Assembly (NCBI GenBank): GCA_001244265.2
Contig: CDLV01000011.1
Coordinates: 1,240,001 to 1,304,000, forward strand
Direction of reading: 5' to 3'
DNA: 64,000 nucleotides
Origin: Microbotryum violaceum
Taxonomy: Eukaryota
Of the stretch, positions 1 to 13,574 are shown one piece after another. The stretch's first letter is position 1. The number at the start of each line of letters is the position of its first letter. The translations under genes and the position numbers were made by a program. The notes below the pieces were generated by a model that saw only the letters and a program-made list of their open reading frames with translations, was not told the origin of the DNA and ran no database searches.

Positions 1-2
1 TG

Positions 3-824
3 AACGACGATCTACGACGGAGATGTCGCTGGCTTGCGCATCTACCGACCTCATGCGATGTCGTTTTTATCGAGGCGGATTTGACATCCGTCGTTCCGGG
101 ATCGAGTTTGGAACCTTTCTCGCACGCTTTGAAGCAACGCAGGACGAAGAGGAGGGATAAAGCAAGGAGGGAGGATAAGGCCAAGCTCAAGTCGGAGCAA
201 AAAGAGGTCGAGGCTCGTCCGGTCTACATGGCGACTTATGGATCGGTGGGAACGGGACATAACAGTTGGAGCAATGTTCCCATGACGACGGCTTTGACGC
301 AGCAGATGATGGCGTCGACGACGGCGTTCCCTCCTCCTTCGTCGGGATCTAATCCCGGTAGCTCGGGGGGTAATGCGCATGGTTTCCCTTCCTCCGTTTC
401 TCCCACCAGGCCCGCTCCTATATCAACTTGGGGATACCAAGCTCCTTCCACTGCAGCGAACACCCAATCCTTCGCAGCTCCTCGATCCTTCGCTTCGGCT
501 CTCCATTCCTCTTCCAGACCTTCCCCTAGCCGACCTTCGCAGGGCCATGACCTCGACGATTGGGACGATGCGGAATTTGATGAACGGTGGCACGATTTCG
601 AGGATCGATTACATGGCGCTTCCTCCAACTCGTTTTCTTCGCTAAATTTAAAACGGGGAGCAAGTCGAGGTGGGGGGAGCGCGAGTGGATCGAATGCTGG
701 TGGTGGGGCAGCGGGTAAGGATGGAAGTGCGACGCCGAAGCAGAGTTTCGGGGGCAAGAAGAAGGGGAGAAAGGCGGCGTTGACGTTGAACCTTAGTGGG
801 GCGGCGATGAGAGGGACCGGATGA
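3..824 (+). CDS. 3' end of RNF10/Mag2-like RING finger protein (5'-truncated by window)
   Basis: Frame 3 reads NDDLRRRCRWLAHLPTSCDVVFIEADL..LEPFSHALKQRRTKRRDKARREDKAK and ends GKKKGRKAALTLNLSGAAMRGTG*. This matches my recollection of the conserved RNF10/Mag2 C-terminal region. The RING domain itself is outside the window. Confidence 0.75.
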   Translation, partial: NDDLRRRCRWLAHLPTSCDVVFIEADLTSVVPGSSLEPFSHALKQRRTKRRDKARREDKAKLKSEQKEVEARPVYMATYGSVGTGHNSWSNVPMTTALTQQMMASTTAFPPPSSGSNPGSSGGNAHGFPSSVSPTRPAPISTWGYQAPSTAANTQSFAAPRSFASALHSSSRPSPSRPSQGHDLDDWDDAEFDERWHDFEDRLHGASSNSFSSLNLKRGASRGGGSASGSNAGGGAAGKDGSATPKQSFGGKKKGRKAALTLNLSGAAMRGTG

Positions 825-943
825 AGGAGGGGGGCTGCGTCGTAGATTGATGACGGCTTGGTTATCATAGCGTTGTCGATTGTGTGTAGGTGACGAAATA
901 TAGAAAGCTCGCATTCACCTCGCATAACAATGTCAATTCTTCA

Positions 944-947
<4 letters not shown>

Positions 948-1013
<66 letters not shown>
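948..1013. repeat. (AG)n microsatellite, ~33 units
   Basis: Perfect AG dinucleotide run between two convergent genes. Confidence 0.98.
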
Positions 1014-1014
<1 letters not shown>

Positions 1015-1414
1015 AGTTCACGAATTACGACGACAGTTTTTCCGTTTGCGTTTTGAACCTTGCACAAACACAGATTGCAGCAGCGTCCGGGCGTGCTATA
1101 CTACAATTTATCCAAAAACGGTACCGTAAAGAAAGAAAGACAAGAAACATGAAGAGTTGCGAAGCTGCGTTGAAAACCCATTCCGACATGGAGAAACCCA
1201 GAAACCCAGGATCCAAAAAAGGGTGCACAAAAAAAGGGCAGGGTACACGAAAAGTAAAGGGGACAGAGGAAATCCGGAAGACACGGTTGAACAGGCGGGT
1301 AAGCCTGCCATGCATAGGTCGATGACGAGAGGCAGTGATTGATGGTAGCACGGGATGGGCAAGATTGTACTTGCACATTTTGTGGTTTTTTATGGGCGCC
1401 GAGGTGTTCCCTTC

Positions 1415-3877
1415 TTAGCGACTCGGTGCGTACAGAGACCCTTCAGTCTCGAGCGAACCAGCAGTGCTTTCACGAGCTCCGCGAGGAATAGGGGCTCCAT
1501 TTTCGTCGAGGTCGTATTCGTCCCCGGAGTGATGACCTCCCTGATCGTATTCCTGTCGGTGGTCTGATTGTTGCACCTGCTGTTGCTGGTGATGATGATG
1601 TCGCAGAGTAGGGGAACTGCCTTGCAAGGGCGGGAGGTTGAGCGCAGCCGTGCTCGAGCCCGAACCTGAGCCCGCGCTAGCGCCCGCGCCGGCGCTTGTG
1701 CTGGAAACCCCGCGCGACGTCGATTGGTGCGGGTCCTGTTGCCCCTCGCGGTTACCAAAAAAATGTTCGAGCTGGATCGAGAAGGAGGCATCGCTTTGTC
1801 CCGGTGCTCGATGGACCCTGAGATGCTGATTGAGGTTGTCGTGGCGCGAGAAGAGCTTTGCACAGCCCGGCCACTGGCATTGGAATGCTGCGATGGATGG
1901 AAGCAATGGGCAAAGCATCAGCTAGCTGGAACGAATGAGCCTCTGAAGGAATGAGTGAGACCGCTCACGTTTGATCTCGGTGTGGATCGAGCGTACGTGC
2001 CGCTTTAGATGCTCGCTTCGCTTGAAAATTTTGTTGCAGTCAGGAACCTTGCACAAGAAAATCTTGCGCGGCTTGCCAGTCTTGGTAACGCCCGAGTAGG
2101 CAATTAAAGCCTCGTTCGGATCAATGTTGGGGTTGCTCGGGAAAAGGAGCTCGGGGGACGAGGGCGGCCGGCGACCCCTCGAGCGTTTGGTCGGCAGCTG
2201 CATAAACTCGTCATCGGTCGGGATGCCAGCCAATTTTCCTGGCGGAGCGGATGCTGCTACACCCGGGATACCTGACCACGGTAGAGAGGGAGCGTTCGGG
2301 GCGAGCATTGAGCGCGGGGTAGGGTGGTACACGTTGCTGCTTTGCCGGACGGCCGCTGCGCGCCGTACCATCGTTCGGCGTGCGGGTCGCCGTGAGCTCC
2401 GCCCGCCCGAGGACTGTTGCCCCTGCTCCTGGTGGTCGGTTTGCCCGTCATCCCGACCGTGGTCCATATCCTCTCTCGGCCCGAGGTAGCGTAACTCGTG
2501 TTGTTGGTGGTGTTGCGGGTGTTGTTGGCTCGGGTGTTGCTGGTGGTGCACGTGTTGCGCGTTGTCCGAGTAGTACATAGGACCGGAGAAGCCAGGTCGA
2601 TGTTGATCACTGCCATGGTCGTGGTAAGCGGGCGGAGGGTGTTGCTGGAAATAGGGATGTCCTCCGTACTGCATCGTGGACGGATCGAGACCATCTGCGG
2701 ACCCCTCTGCGGAGTGCTGGCGCTGCGGGTACCCTGAGGGGTAAAAAGGAGCCTCGTTCTCCATGGCGTGGTGAGCCCCTAAGGCCACGTGGGCGGTCGG
2801 GGTGCGGGGAGACATGCCTGCGAGCATCGGCACCGCGGGAAGATAAAAACCTTGAGAGTTAGTTTGGACTCCCGGGGGTGGCAGTCGGGGTAGAATCATG
2901 GGACGAATGTCGGGGGATCGTTCCATGCGTGGGGGCGGCGACTGACCGGCCGAGCTCGATCCGGAACCGTTTCCATGCTGATACTGATGCTGCTGGCCAG
3001 GGTACATGCCCATGGGGTGCTGTTGGGCGGGGTGGGGCATAGACGGGATCGTGTAAGACTCATGGGTGATCGAACTGCCGTACACCACTTGAGCTGGCTG
3101 CTGGGGATGGGGTATGGACTGCGAGTGGTTGTGCAGCAGCAAGTTGCGAAGGTGGTTTCCGCTCGTGCCTCCTTCGAGATTGTATTGTCGAGGGGTGTAT
3201 GGATGGGGCTCCGGAGTAGCGTAGTCGTTAGAACCAAGAATAGGGTACGAGCGTCCCACGGTAGAAGAGCGATGATCACCCTGGTCGCGGCCACTGTGCT
3301 GGTCTCGAGCGGAGTATTCGTGCCGACTGCTAGGCCTTGTCTCGGACAGAGGAGGCAACGGAGGGAGCCCTCGTTGCTCGGGGGTCGGGACCTCCTGCTG
3401 GCGGAGGGAAGGTGAGTGACTGAGTATCGGGGTCAGTCCCGAGAAGCTCATCGAGCGGGGCTGCTGCAAACCATCGGGGAGATCGCGCGAAGGGTGCTCC
3501 GACGTAAGATCGTACTGAGGAAAGCGAGGCAGATCACTCTCTGCGAACTTTTCCTTGTCGGAAACAGCGGCAACGTGCTCAGAGGACAGTACTACTCCGC
3601 CCATCGCGGTTGAAGGAGAAGGATGCCGGTGGGGGCTCTGAAGGGGTTCGGGTGTAGGCGATCGCAGCTGGTCCTGTTCGAGATCGGCTTCGGACCGGGT
3701 CGCCTGGGGACCGCCACTGGGGGAAGGGAAGGTGTACTCCTTGAGGTGCTGGTTGTGGGGGACGAGTTCGATCGAGGCAGGCGCGATCTGTACGCTCCGA
3801 TCGTTTTGAAGATCGCCACAAGAGTTCGGCGGCGAGAACGCGACAGTGGCGTTGACCGTGGATGAGACGATTGACAT
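1415..3877 (-). CDS. C2H2 zinc-finger transcription factor, Msn2/Msn4/Seb1-like (2 fingers split by an intron ~1897-1968)
   Basis: FLCKVPDCNKIFKRSEHLKRHVRSIHTEIK plus FQCQWPGCAKLFSRHDNLNQHLRVH, with a long Q/P/H-rich N-terminus. First in-frame ATG is at 3877. Confidence 0.85.
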
Positions 3878-6401
3878 CAATGTGGATAACGGAGGCAAGG
3901 CGGATAGGGCGGTGCCGCTCGAGACTCAGGGATCGATGTGGTGTGGGTGGGCAAAGGAGCTGGGATGGGTTGGTAGTCAGTCAGCAAAATTCGTGCCGCA
4001 AATGACTCTCCAGTAGAAAGAAGGTCGATGGCTTGGGCTGGGCCCTACGTCGCTGGCCACGGTCGACGGGCAACAACTACTCGCCGACCGTGCGCGCCGA
4101 TGGGAACGGGCAGCGCTCGCGCAGTTCTAGCCAACGAACCAGCGCTGATCGCTCAAGAACGGGCAAGCCGGTCCAAAGCACCAAGTCACGGAGCGCCAAA
4201 TTCAACAAAGTGTATCAAGGCGATCACAGCTTCGATTATGTATTTAGGGTGGTCCTGGCCTAAGCTGCCAGCGCGATACGACCGTGCGCGCCGCCGGCTG
4301 TGGAGATCAGCACCCGCGCTAAACGCAAGGCTGCCACCGGTCGTACGGGCAAGAACGCAAGAACGCCGTCGACGAGCGGGCACGCGATCGGAGGTTGTCG
4401 ATCAATTCATCCCAAGCGACCAGCAGCCGCAGAACTTACCTTTTCTGGTCCCAAGGGTGTGGTGCAACTTGAACTTGTCGCGCAAGACGAATAAATCGAG
4501 GCCGGAGCGGCGGAGTGAGGCTGCGCGAAGTCCACAGTCGAAGCACAGGGGAGTCGATTCTGGGACAATTCCGAGTTCGGGGGCGCTAATCAAGCGTATT
4601 GAGGGCGGAGCTCGGCCGGTCAGGAGAGGACGGATTAACACGACGTGGTGGCAAAGGGGGAAGGGCGGAGGGGCGTATCGAGTGTGGAACAGGAGGAATG
4701 GGCGTCAGGCGTCAGGGAGCTGGCTAGGGGGCTCGCGAAAGTTGGCAGGAGAGTGAACAAGGAAAAGTAAAGAGGGCAAGAGCGTGGTCACGTCTCGCAC
4801 GAACTGATGCCCCGAGCGATTCGTATATCCGGCCCGCCCCCGACGCGTGCGCTGGAGGGCGTGCGCTGGAGGGCGTGCGCTCACAAGTGATTGCCCGCCG
4901 ATCATTGAGCTAGTGTACTTAGGAGAGGCCATCTTGTCTTGCAGACGCACGCGGTTACAAGAGTCGCTCCACCTTCGGCTCACTTAGCGGTCATCACACC
5001 ACTCTCGCTTCGCGTCATCGTAGATGTCGGGCACGGCCCCCCGATCGCCTTTCCCTCTCCGCTCCTTTTCCCGGGCGTACGCCTCCTAAGTGACCCGACG
5101 CGGCTCAAGTGACACCATTCCCGTCGATCCCCGCCCTCCAAGTCACACGCCAAAGTGTCGCACAGGCTAAGGGAACTTAACGCTTAGCTACGCTATCTGT
5201 GACAGGGATGTATCACCTGGGGTCCGTTTCAGTGTACCCTGAGTCTGGCGGCTCGACTGCGCAGGCGGCTGAGGGGTTCTCGGGCCACAGTGGAGTCGTT
5301 CTTAGCCGAGCCTCGCAAGACCAGTCCGAAAGGCTTGTCTATCGATCGTTCACAACAAAGCCGCTTCCTCGTAATGCACAACTACCTAACATGATGCCAG
5401 GCTGGCGGAGGCGGTCCGCTTCAAAAGTTGGCACACGGATAGCACTACCTACCCGAGAGCGAGGGGTCTCCTTTTCCAAGACAAACTGATGTTCAAGCCC
5501 CGAAATGCCGAAAGCACCGCCGCCGCTGAGCGGCTGTGGTCGCGGCATCGCCGCCGGTCGTCACGAGGTTTGCGACCACCGGCCGAAAACGTGAAATCGA
5601 GGGAGAGATCGCCCGTGCCGGTAAAACATTGAGACCGCTTCGTCTGTACGCTCAATACTCTGCGATCGGTTGGTAAATCGGCTTTTCTGGTGAGACACGT
5701 TGGATTAATGACATGATTGATCGACGGCGCGGCGGCGAACGAAGAACAAAGCCGGCCACGGCTATCGGTAAGTGAGGTATGCGCCTCTGAAATCTGTCGT
5801 TCTTGACCCGCTAGACTAAACCTCAGTCTCAGCTAGAACTCGATAATTTTAGCTACTCAGAGGCTACTAATAGGGCTGTGAGGCGTCCCCTTGTAGCCAC
5901 CGCCGTCGTCGGTTCCCAAATTATTGGGAAGCCGGTAGGCGCTCTACCGTTCGCTTTATCTCGGCACACATCGGGCCGAACGGGTCTGTATCGTCTCGAT
6001 AGTTCAACCATCCCCGCACTGCCGCTTCATCACAGCAGTGCAATGACGGAAATTGAGTCTTGAAGCTGCCTGCCCCACAAAAGGACACATACTCTGCCCA
6101 GCGGCAGTTCCGCGAGTCCGAAACAAAGCCCCGCTAGTGGCTATGGGGCAAGATACATCGATATCAACGCAAGAATCCCTCGTGGTTGTCGCTTGCATCA
6201 AGTTGCGAACTTGGCCAAATAGTCCGGCGGCTCAATGATCCCCCGCCCGCCCCGCCCACCGCCGTCCCAACCACACCGTCTGCCAAAGTTTTAGATCACT
6301 TTCGCTCGTCCACGAGTCTTCTCACTCAAGAGTGTTCATGATGACCGACCCGATCAATACGAGTGGATATGGTACGAGAGGTCATTATTGTATACTCTAA
6401 T

Positions 6402-8387
6402 CTAGTCTGTATAGCTCTCCCCTAGCGACACCCAAAGCGCATCCGAACCGCATTCGACCTGATCGATTCCCCACTCGACGCCGTCTCGGTCCAATCCAAG
6501 CTCTCGCAAGGGCAAATCCACTTCGGTCGGTTTGTAAATCCGTGAAGGGACAGTAGGTTTCTCTCGAGTCCGTGGAGCAGATCCGACCATCCCAACTCCC
6601 AGTCGTCCGTGCGAGTTATTGACGCCCCAGGTGTACAAAGCCGAATTTCCCTCGGGCGCGTCTGTCGCAAGAGGTGGGCCGCATGTCAGTCAAGCTATGT
6701 GAGATATCGGGCCAGTCGGGGTGACGAGCCTCGTATAGCAGTAGCCCCACCCCACCCAGCCCGGATCCGCGTGATCCCACACCCTTCTAGTGCGTCGATG
6801 CGCTGTACCGTCGTCGACTCGAGGGTTGAAGAGCCAAGACCAAGAGCGCCATATCCCGCAGAGTAGACCGAGCCTCGATCTACCCATCCACAGATTGGAT
6901 GTTAAAGTCAGTTGCTCGGTTGGGATGTAAGTGCATCGAATATGGATCCAGAATCGCGATCAGAATGAGTACGCAAGGGGCTCGCCTCGACGCAAGCGAC
7001 GAGTGAGTCCCCACGTCTGTGTTCAGCAAAAACCGGCGTCGTCCGGCCTTCGAGTCTCCGTCCGCCTCTTCCTAAAAAATTCGGACCAGACTCGTCCGAT
7101 GGCCCCGGCACAAATGTTTCATCACATCGCAGTCCCTGTTAGCTGAAGCTCCAAGACTCACCGTCTAGAACAATGGCGAACGATCCTCCACACTGATAGT
7201 CGACGATCCTTCGCGATAGAGTAAGGAAGGAATCATCTATCGGTATTGGCGTATGTATCTGGTCGATCTTGATCCCCTGCAGGCCCTGGGCATATTCCTG
7301 CGGGTGGAAGAGCAAATTATCCGCTCAGCGTCTCGAGCTCGTTTGAGCGCGTTAGAGCAAATACGCACCGAATTGCCCCATGTCCACAGTCTTCCTTCCT
7401 TCGTGATCAAGGCAGATGTATCCGCTCCGGCTCGTATTGTTGCGATGCCGCCTTGTGCCAAAACCTCGTCTGGTATCGGCATGGGTGTGAGCTGATAGAT
7501 ATCGGCAAGGCAAGCTTCCCCGAGTCCGAGTTGCCCATCTGTGTTGCAGCCGGAACCATAGAGAGCCCCGTTCTCTGTGAGATTGTGAGGTTCGTCAGTG
7601 AGTAAACTGAGGATCAGTAAGGGCGATCCCACATCATGATTTACCTGACAGAATCTGAATATGCTCGAAACCTGTTTCGATCTGGCTGATTCGGCCTAGT
7701 TTTGGCGGGAGCGTCACCTGGGTGGCTTTTGACAAGAGTGACATTGCCGGTTCCTCATGCTCCTCGAGGGGAGGTGGTGGATAGAGGTTGGGTTGTGCCA
7801 GTCGACCTCTCGATAGATTACCGCAGACGTAGAGCGCTGTCTCGTCTGAGCACCGAGAGCAGAAAAGGTAGGAGCCGAGTCCATCATCGAGCCAGTGAGC
7901 AGAATCCGCATCAGCGGTTGAGCAAGCTTGAATATGCTTTGTAGTTTTTCGCTAACCGACCCTGCTGTTCCAATACGATATAACCGCTCTGGCAAGCGGC
8001 CTTGGTCGACAGTATGCGATCGCCTTGGAAACCTTCGACTAGGCCTCTCGTCTCCTCCTGGCTTGCGAAATCAAGCCCCAGTTGACCGGTTTCGTTCCTC
8101 CCAACAGCAAAGACCCTCCCTACGCCCGTAGAGTTCTCATAGCTGAGGAAGGTATGGCCTTGACCTGCCGAGATGGACGTGAGGTGGTAGCCGCCTGCGA
8201 CGTCTTGAGCTCTGCCGATCGAGCCGAGCCACGACGACAAGGGGACGGGTGACAGCGAGGGGTTTGAAGGTGACTGTTGAGAGCATTGAGAGTAGGCCAG
8301 AGGTGGGGAGAGCGGGTTGTGGCCAGCGAGGAGCAGGTGCGACAGGCGACGGATCGGACGAACGGAAGAGTGTACGATCGACGTCAT
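6402..8387 (-). CDS. RCC1/BLIP-II repeat protein, multi-exon
   Basis: Repeats ISAGQGHT..VFAVGRNETGQLG, LYGSGCNTDGQLG, IRAGADTSALITKEGRLWTWGNS, YTWGVNNSHGRLG. The Arg/Ser-rich N-terminus could be a mitochondrial presequence. Confidence 0.85.
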
Positions 8388-8895
8388 GGTGGGCGAGCGA
8401 CGACGATCGGGCTGGTTGCGGCACTTTGCACTCCAGTGCACCCCGTACCACCACTCGTGAGCTACCCCCAGCTGTAGTTTTACGCCCGGAGTCTGCGAAC
8501 CACGTCACTCCACGGGCAGCAGAGCAAGGAGCAGAACGGCGCAAGACTGCGCAAGACTGCGCAAGACGGCCGACCGCGACCTACCGCGACACGGATTCGG
8601 CAGGATTCGGAAGGATTCGGCGGGGGGCCCCCACATTCGCTCCTTTTCTCCCAACGCTCCACTGAGTCCACTCCGCGCCTTACTTCCTCGTTTCTCTGAC
8701 CTTGTGCCTGTATATTCGTCGCACCGACTAAGTGCTCCTCGAAGCACGGTTGTTTCTCGGTGTCGAGAGATCTGCCCCATCCCACGCTGCATCGCAGGCG
8801 GGTCTCACTCGCTCTCCACCTCGCTCCCATCTCTCCCCACGTACCATACGACGTTTGAATCTCCGATCACCGTTACATCGACGCATCTTCGTACT

Positions 8896-10430
8896 ATGGC
8901 ATCCGCAGACCGGCCCCAATTCTCGGCTGAGCAGTTCTTTGCCGAGCAACCACCACCCGCGAGGCTGCAGGAGCACCTTAACGCCGTCCAGGCCTTTGTT
9001 GAGCGCAATGCTTCGGCTGGACGGAGAGTCGTACTCGTCACCGTGAGTAATACCTTCATTCAGAAGCCCAAAACAACGTACTTGACCATTGATACTTGGC
9101 ATGCCCCCGCGGCTCGATCGCTCGTTTGGCTGAACTTGACGGAACCTCTGGACATTCAGAGCGGAGGCACTACGGTCCCTCTTGAACACAACGTGTCAGT
9201 CATCCCGGAGCATGCATATAAACGTTTCAAATTTTCAGTAGATCTGACCCGCTTTCACTCTCCTCGGTCGTGCAGTGTCCGCTTTCTCGACAATTTTTCC
9301 GCCGGCACTCGGGGCTCAGCTTCGGCCGAGCATTTCCTCCGCACGGGAGACTATGCCGTCATCTTCTTGTACCGACAACACTCGCTCAAACCTTTCTCTC
9401 GCCACTACTCGCATTCGACCAATCCCTTCCTCGATCTGTTGACGATCGTTAACGACCACGAGCACGCGTTCCGAGTTCCCAGCAAGGACGACAACGATGG
9501 CTTCTTGTTCCCTCCCGTTCCGGCCGTCGGGACCGTCTCGGCGCCGCTGTCCCGACGACCTTCTGCATTGGATGGATCCGACTATAAAACTCGGCCAAAG
9601 TCACCCGTGACGTCGGACGGGTCGCCGCAGATCCAGATCCCGTCACCGCACTTGGAACCGATGCTCTCCCTACTGAGGTCGTACAAGCTCGTGCAAAAGA
9701 TGAAGATCCTCTACTCGATACCGTATACGACCATTGACGAGTATCTATGGTACCTAAGAGGCGTCAGTCGCGTCATGGGAACCGCCAAGGATTCGCAAGG
9801 GCAGGCGCTTGGCAGGAGAGGCATGTACTACTTGGCAGCAGCCGTATCGGATTTTTTCATCCCGTTTCAGCGAATGGTCAGTGGGGCAAAGTGAACCCTT
9901 TGAATCATGGAATCAGCATTGGCTCACCGGGGGGCTTCTCCTACGCATTCACACGCAGAGCACACATAAAATCCAGTCGGGCAAAGGCTCGCTCGTCATC
10001 GAAATGGATCAAGTTCCAAAAGTGCTCAAAGCGATGGTCGACGAATGGTCTAACGACGGGTTTATTGTTTCCTTCAAGGTGAGTATATCCTCCGGGACGA
10101 TCATTCCAACCTGACAGCATAGCGAAACATCATCCAAACCACTCCAACCCTTCATAACCTTTCGTCCAGCTCGAAACCGATCCCGCTATCCTGATTCCAA
10201 AAGCTCGAGCCGCGCTCGAGCGTTACGGCCACCAATTGGTCATCGGCAACACGCTCACCAACCGCAAGCACGAGGTCATATTCGTGCATCCTTCCGGTAA
10301 AGAAGACTGGCTAAGGATCGAATTACCGACCGCTTTGGGGGAAGGGAAAGCGGTTAGGGAGATAGAGGAGGACATCATCGCGAGACTGGTGGGGCTGCAC
10401 GAGAGGTGGATTGATGGGAAGGGGGCTTGA
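8896..10430 (+). CDS. CAB2: Phosphopantothenate--cysteine ligase (PPCS), multi-exon
   Basis: [67 protein letters not shown] motifs. Confidence 0.93.
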
Positions 10431-10839
10431 AGAGAGACTTATAATCATGGATAGGCGACAGCGTATCATGGTGATAATAGTCTTGATGATGTTATTACAA
10501 TAGGGTGTGGACACAATCGCTCCGAACGACAAGGATGTGTGTGGCAAGAGGGAAAGAAGAGAATGAACCAGATGACTGCGCGCGCTATAGGTATAAACAG
10601 GCCGCGGCGCATGAGAAGTTGAATACACACACAATAGGGGACGAAGAAAAAAAATGAAAGAGGGAAGAAAAAACGGGACTTAAAGAGTGTCCTATGTATA
10701 TAGTGTCTCTGCAGGCCCAGCAGGGGCAAGATCTTTGTCCCAGCGATCTTGGACGGCATCCGGAGGATACTCTCTCCCCACGGTCAACGAAACTTTAAAA
10801 GGCCCCACTACGACTCGACAACAACGCTCGACAATCCGC

Positions 10840-12691
10840 TCAAGGTGTCCCTACCATCCCGAACAACTGTTCCATCCGAGCGCGCGAATCCCGATTCGCG
10901 AAATCGTCGGCGACATACCCGTTCGACTGACCGCCCGTGGAGCTGACACTGTGGCTGCGGGTTTGGAAGCTGCCTGGTCGTTGTAGTGCACCTGATTGTT
11001 GGTACGTCTCGTTTTGATGAGTGCAGTGGCCGCCGTATAGCTCGTACGCAGAATCGGACATCGGGTGAGCTCCCGGGTGGCCTTCGTAGCCCATGCTCGA
11101 GGGGATGTTGGGATTTGACTGTACGAGGGCGAGGTAGCAGGATGTCTCCAAGTCAATTCACCATCTGGATACTGATCGACTGTCGGTAGCGCATATACTC
11201 ACAGATCCATATGGATCGTATGACGATGCACCCATGTGCATACCCTCGGCGCGTTGGAACATGTCAGCGTAGTCGCTCTGGCTCGGTCGATGGCCTGCAC
11301 CGAGCATCGCCTGGGCCTGCTGCTGCTGCATGTGATGCATGCCCCTACCGGCCGGACTAGGTGGAGGATGGCTGATTACTCTAGTACTGTGAGGGGATAT
11401 CGGCGACGTCAAAGGTTGGTCCATGAAGCTTCCGCCGTTCCCACCGCTCGTCATTGGCGTCGGGAGGTGCGGTACAGGAGGCACATCCGGATCGTGGCCG
11501 ATCCGGATCGCTGTCGGGATATGGATTCGTCCCTTTGACGACACGCGGCGGTTCGAGGCAATGGGTCGACTCTGACTGCTGATTCTCGGGTTGGCCTTGA
11601 GTGCGATCTGACCGCCGTGGGTGGCCGAGTTGGCCTCAAAGTTGCCACTAGATGTCGTTTGGTAGCTCGGGTGCGAGGGAAACGGAGGTGATCCCGTGTC
11701 TTTGGCCTCCTGTGACGAGATAAATGGAGCGGGAAGAATGAACAACTCCTGCATCAGTGGGTGAAGTCTTCGTGCCCTTCCCTATCCCGAGCGACTGACT
11801 AAGCATGCGGCGATCAACTTTTGCCCCTGCGATAGCTGGCCATTCTCGTCCTCCTTGACCAGCGGCTTGAATTTGTCCGTGGTGAATGTATAGACCCAGC
11901 CTGACTCGGATACCACAAGCAACAAGACTTGAGTCCCGGTAAGAGTCGAGAGTTCATATGCCTAGTGATGATCGAAAGCAAGTTTGAACCGATGGTCCGT
12001 GCGACGGCAGGCAGGCCCGGGCGTGGGCGTGGGCATGGGCGTGGGCGCGGGCGCGGGTGCAGGCGCGGGTGAAGATTGGGCGGGCGGGTGAGTGGGGTCA
12101 GTCACTGAACTTTATGACTGGAGCTAAGACTGTGCAATCGTCCGGCGGTCTATGCAATGCTTGCATCAACGACACTGAAGTGTAGCAACTGACCTTTTTC
12201 ATAATACCCGCTTTCCGCTTCGAAAAAGTGATGTGCCGCTTGCTCTTCTCCTCGATGTATTCGATCTGAATCTTGCGCCGTGACTTGTCGTCGTCATCGC
12301 CTGCCGCGGACTTGAGACTCTGCATCGATGCTGTTGAGCGAAGGTTGCCTTGACTCTTGCGCTTCTTAGGCCTGGTGTTCGATCGTTCACCATCCGAATC
12401 ATCGTCATCCGAGAGAGGAGATGCCCTAGGGTCGAACAGGATCATCGACGGCTGGTTTGACCCGGTCGGTTGAACGAGACCGGCCGGCGCAATGACGGCG
12501 GAGCCAGCTGGGCCAGTGCTTGTTCGGTGATCGTCGTCGAAGCCGGCTTCAGGGTTCAAGTATATATTATTGCCATAGTTGTTGGGATCCGTCGACTCGG
12601 AAGGTGAAAGGCCGGCACCGCTGGAAGCGGAGAGCTGCGTCGAGTCGGCGGCGATCGTCGCAAAAGGCCGCTGCTTCGAGGAAGGCGGCAT
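10840..12691 (-). CDS. MCM1: SRF-type MADS-box transcription factor, multi-exon
   Basis: RRKIQIEYIEEKSKRHITFSKRKAGIMKK, intron, then AYELSTLTGTQVLLLVVSESGWVYTFTT (~11961-11805). Confidence 0.93.
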
Positions 12692-13574
12692 GGCGAGGGC
12701 GAACCGGGTCCGACGGAAGTCGTTGATGGGTTCGACCGAGGAGCTCTAGACGAGTCGATGCGTCGCTTTCGATGTGAGCAGCGCGTAGGATCTTGGGTAG
12801 GGTCACTTGAGGCAGTTTATCGGAAGAGGTTCGACCAGAGTAAATGGATGCTGTATGTTGGACAGAGCTTAAAAGCCAAACAGCGGTGGAAGGTCGAAGG
12901 CAGCGCGCACGGACTCCGCAAATGTGACCCTAATCCGACCCGCTAGAGATCCGGTGTCGGCTCGCGCTCGGGGCCTTCAAAGCGCCCGTGTGCCTCCCGG
13001 TTGCCAGCGCCGTGTAAAGAAGTGGTTGGAAGTCACTCGTGACCCCGTGAAAAAAGGCCGTGCCTCAATCGCCTCAATGGGCTTTTCGCCGATCGATCAT
13101 CCATCCCCCGAAGTCGCATCATTACGGGCTCGGTCAAAGGCTCAAAGGCATAAAGCCCCTCCACCCGGCTGGCCTTTACTTCATCGAGATTAAGCGCTTG
13201 CAGTGAGCGTGTTTACCCCTGATGAGGTTTCGGTATCATCCTGTCCCCCCGGAATATCTTTCTACGCCTACTGGGAGCGGGGTCTTGGAGTGCATCGATC
13301 GTGCTTCGTGGGACGTGGCATCAGTTACAGCGCCTGGCACTGCGTACCTCCCGAACGGGGCAAGGATCACCCACTGTCTGTCAAGAAGCCGCGATGATTG
13401 CAAGAGCGGCGAGCCAGCGAGAAGTAGATTATTCCTTCAACCTCTGCGGCCACACAAGCTTTCGCGCAGGCGCTGCAGCCGGATCCCGCGGGCGGTCAGG
13501 CCGGTCAGGCCGGTCAGGCGCGGCAGGCGCGCGTGCAAAAGCCCTGGGGTTACGGTCGCGTCTAGAGTCATTTG

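Noticed and set aside
890-1325. ORFs with (ER)n, and likewise (RS)n/(EV)n at 20421-21015 and (PA)n at 62334-63110
   Set aside because: These are translations of microsatellites in non-coding or antisense frames.
4028-6240. Many ORFs upstream of the C2H2 gene
   Set aside because: No recognisable motifs or coherent exon chain. Consistent with a long promoter/5' UTR in GC-rich DNA.
12018-12096. G-rich GGGCGT repeats in an MCM1 intron (G-quadruplex potential)
   Set aside because: A degenerate hexamer repeat on the template strand, with no evidence of function.
10840-12691. Mating-type locus association suggested by MCM1
   Set aside because: No pheromone, STE3 receptor or HD genes are present in the window.
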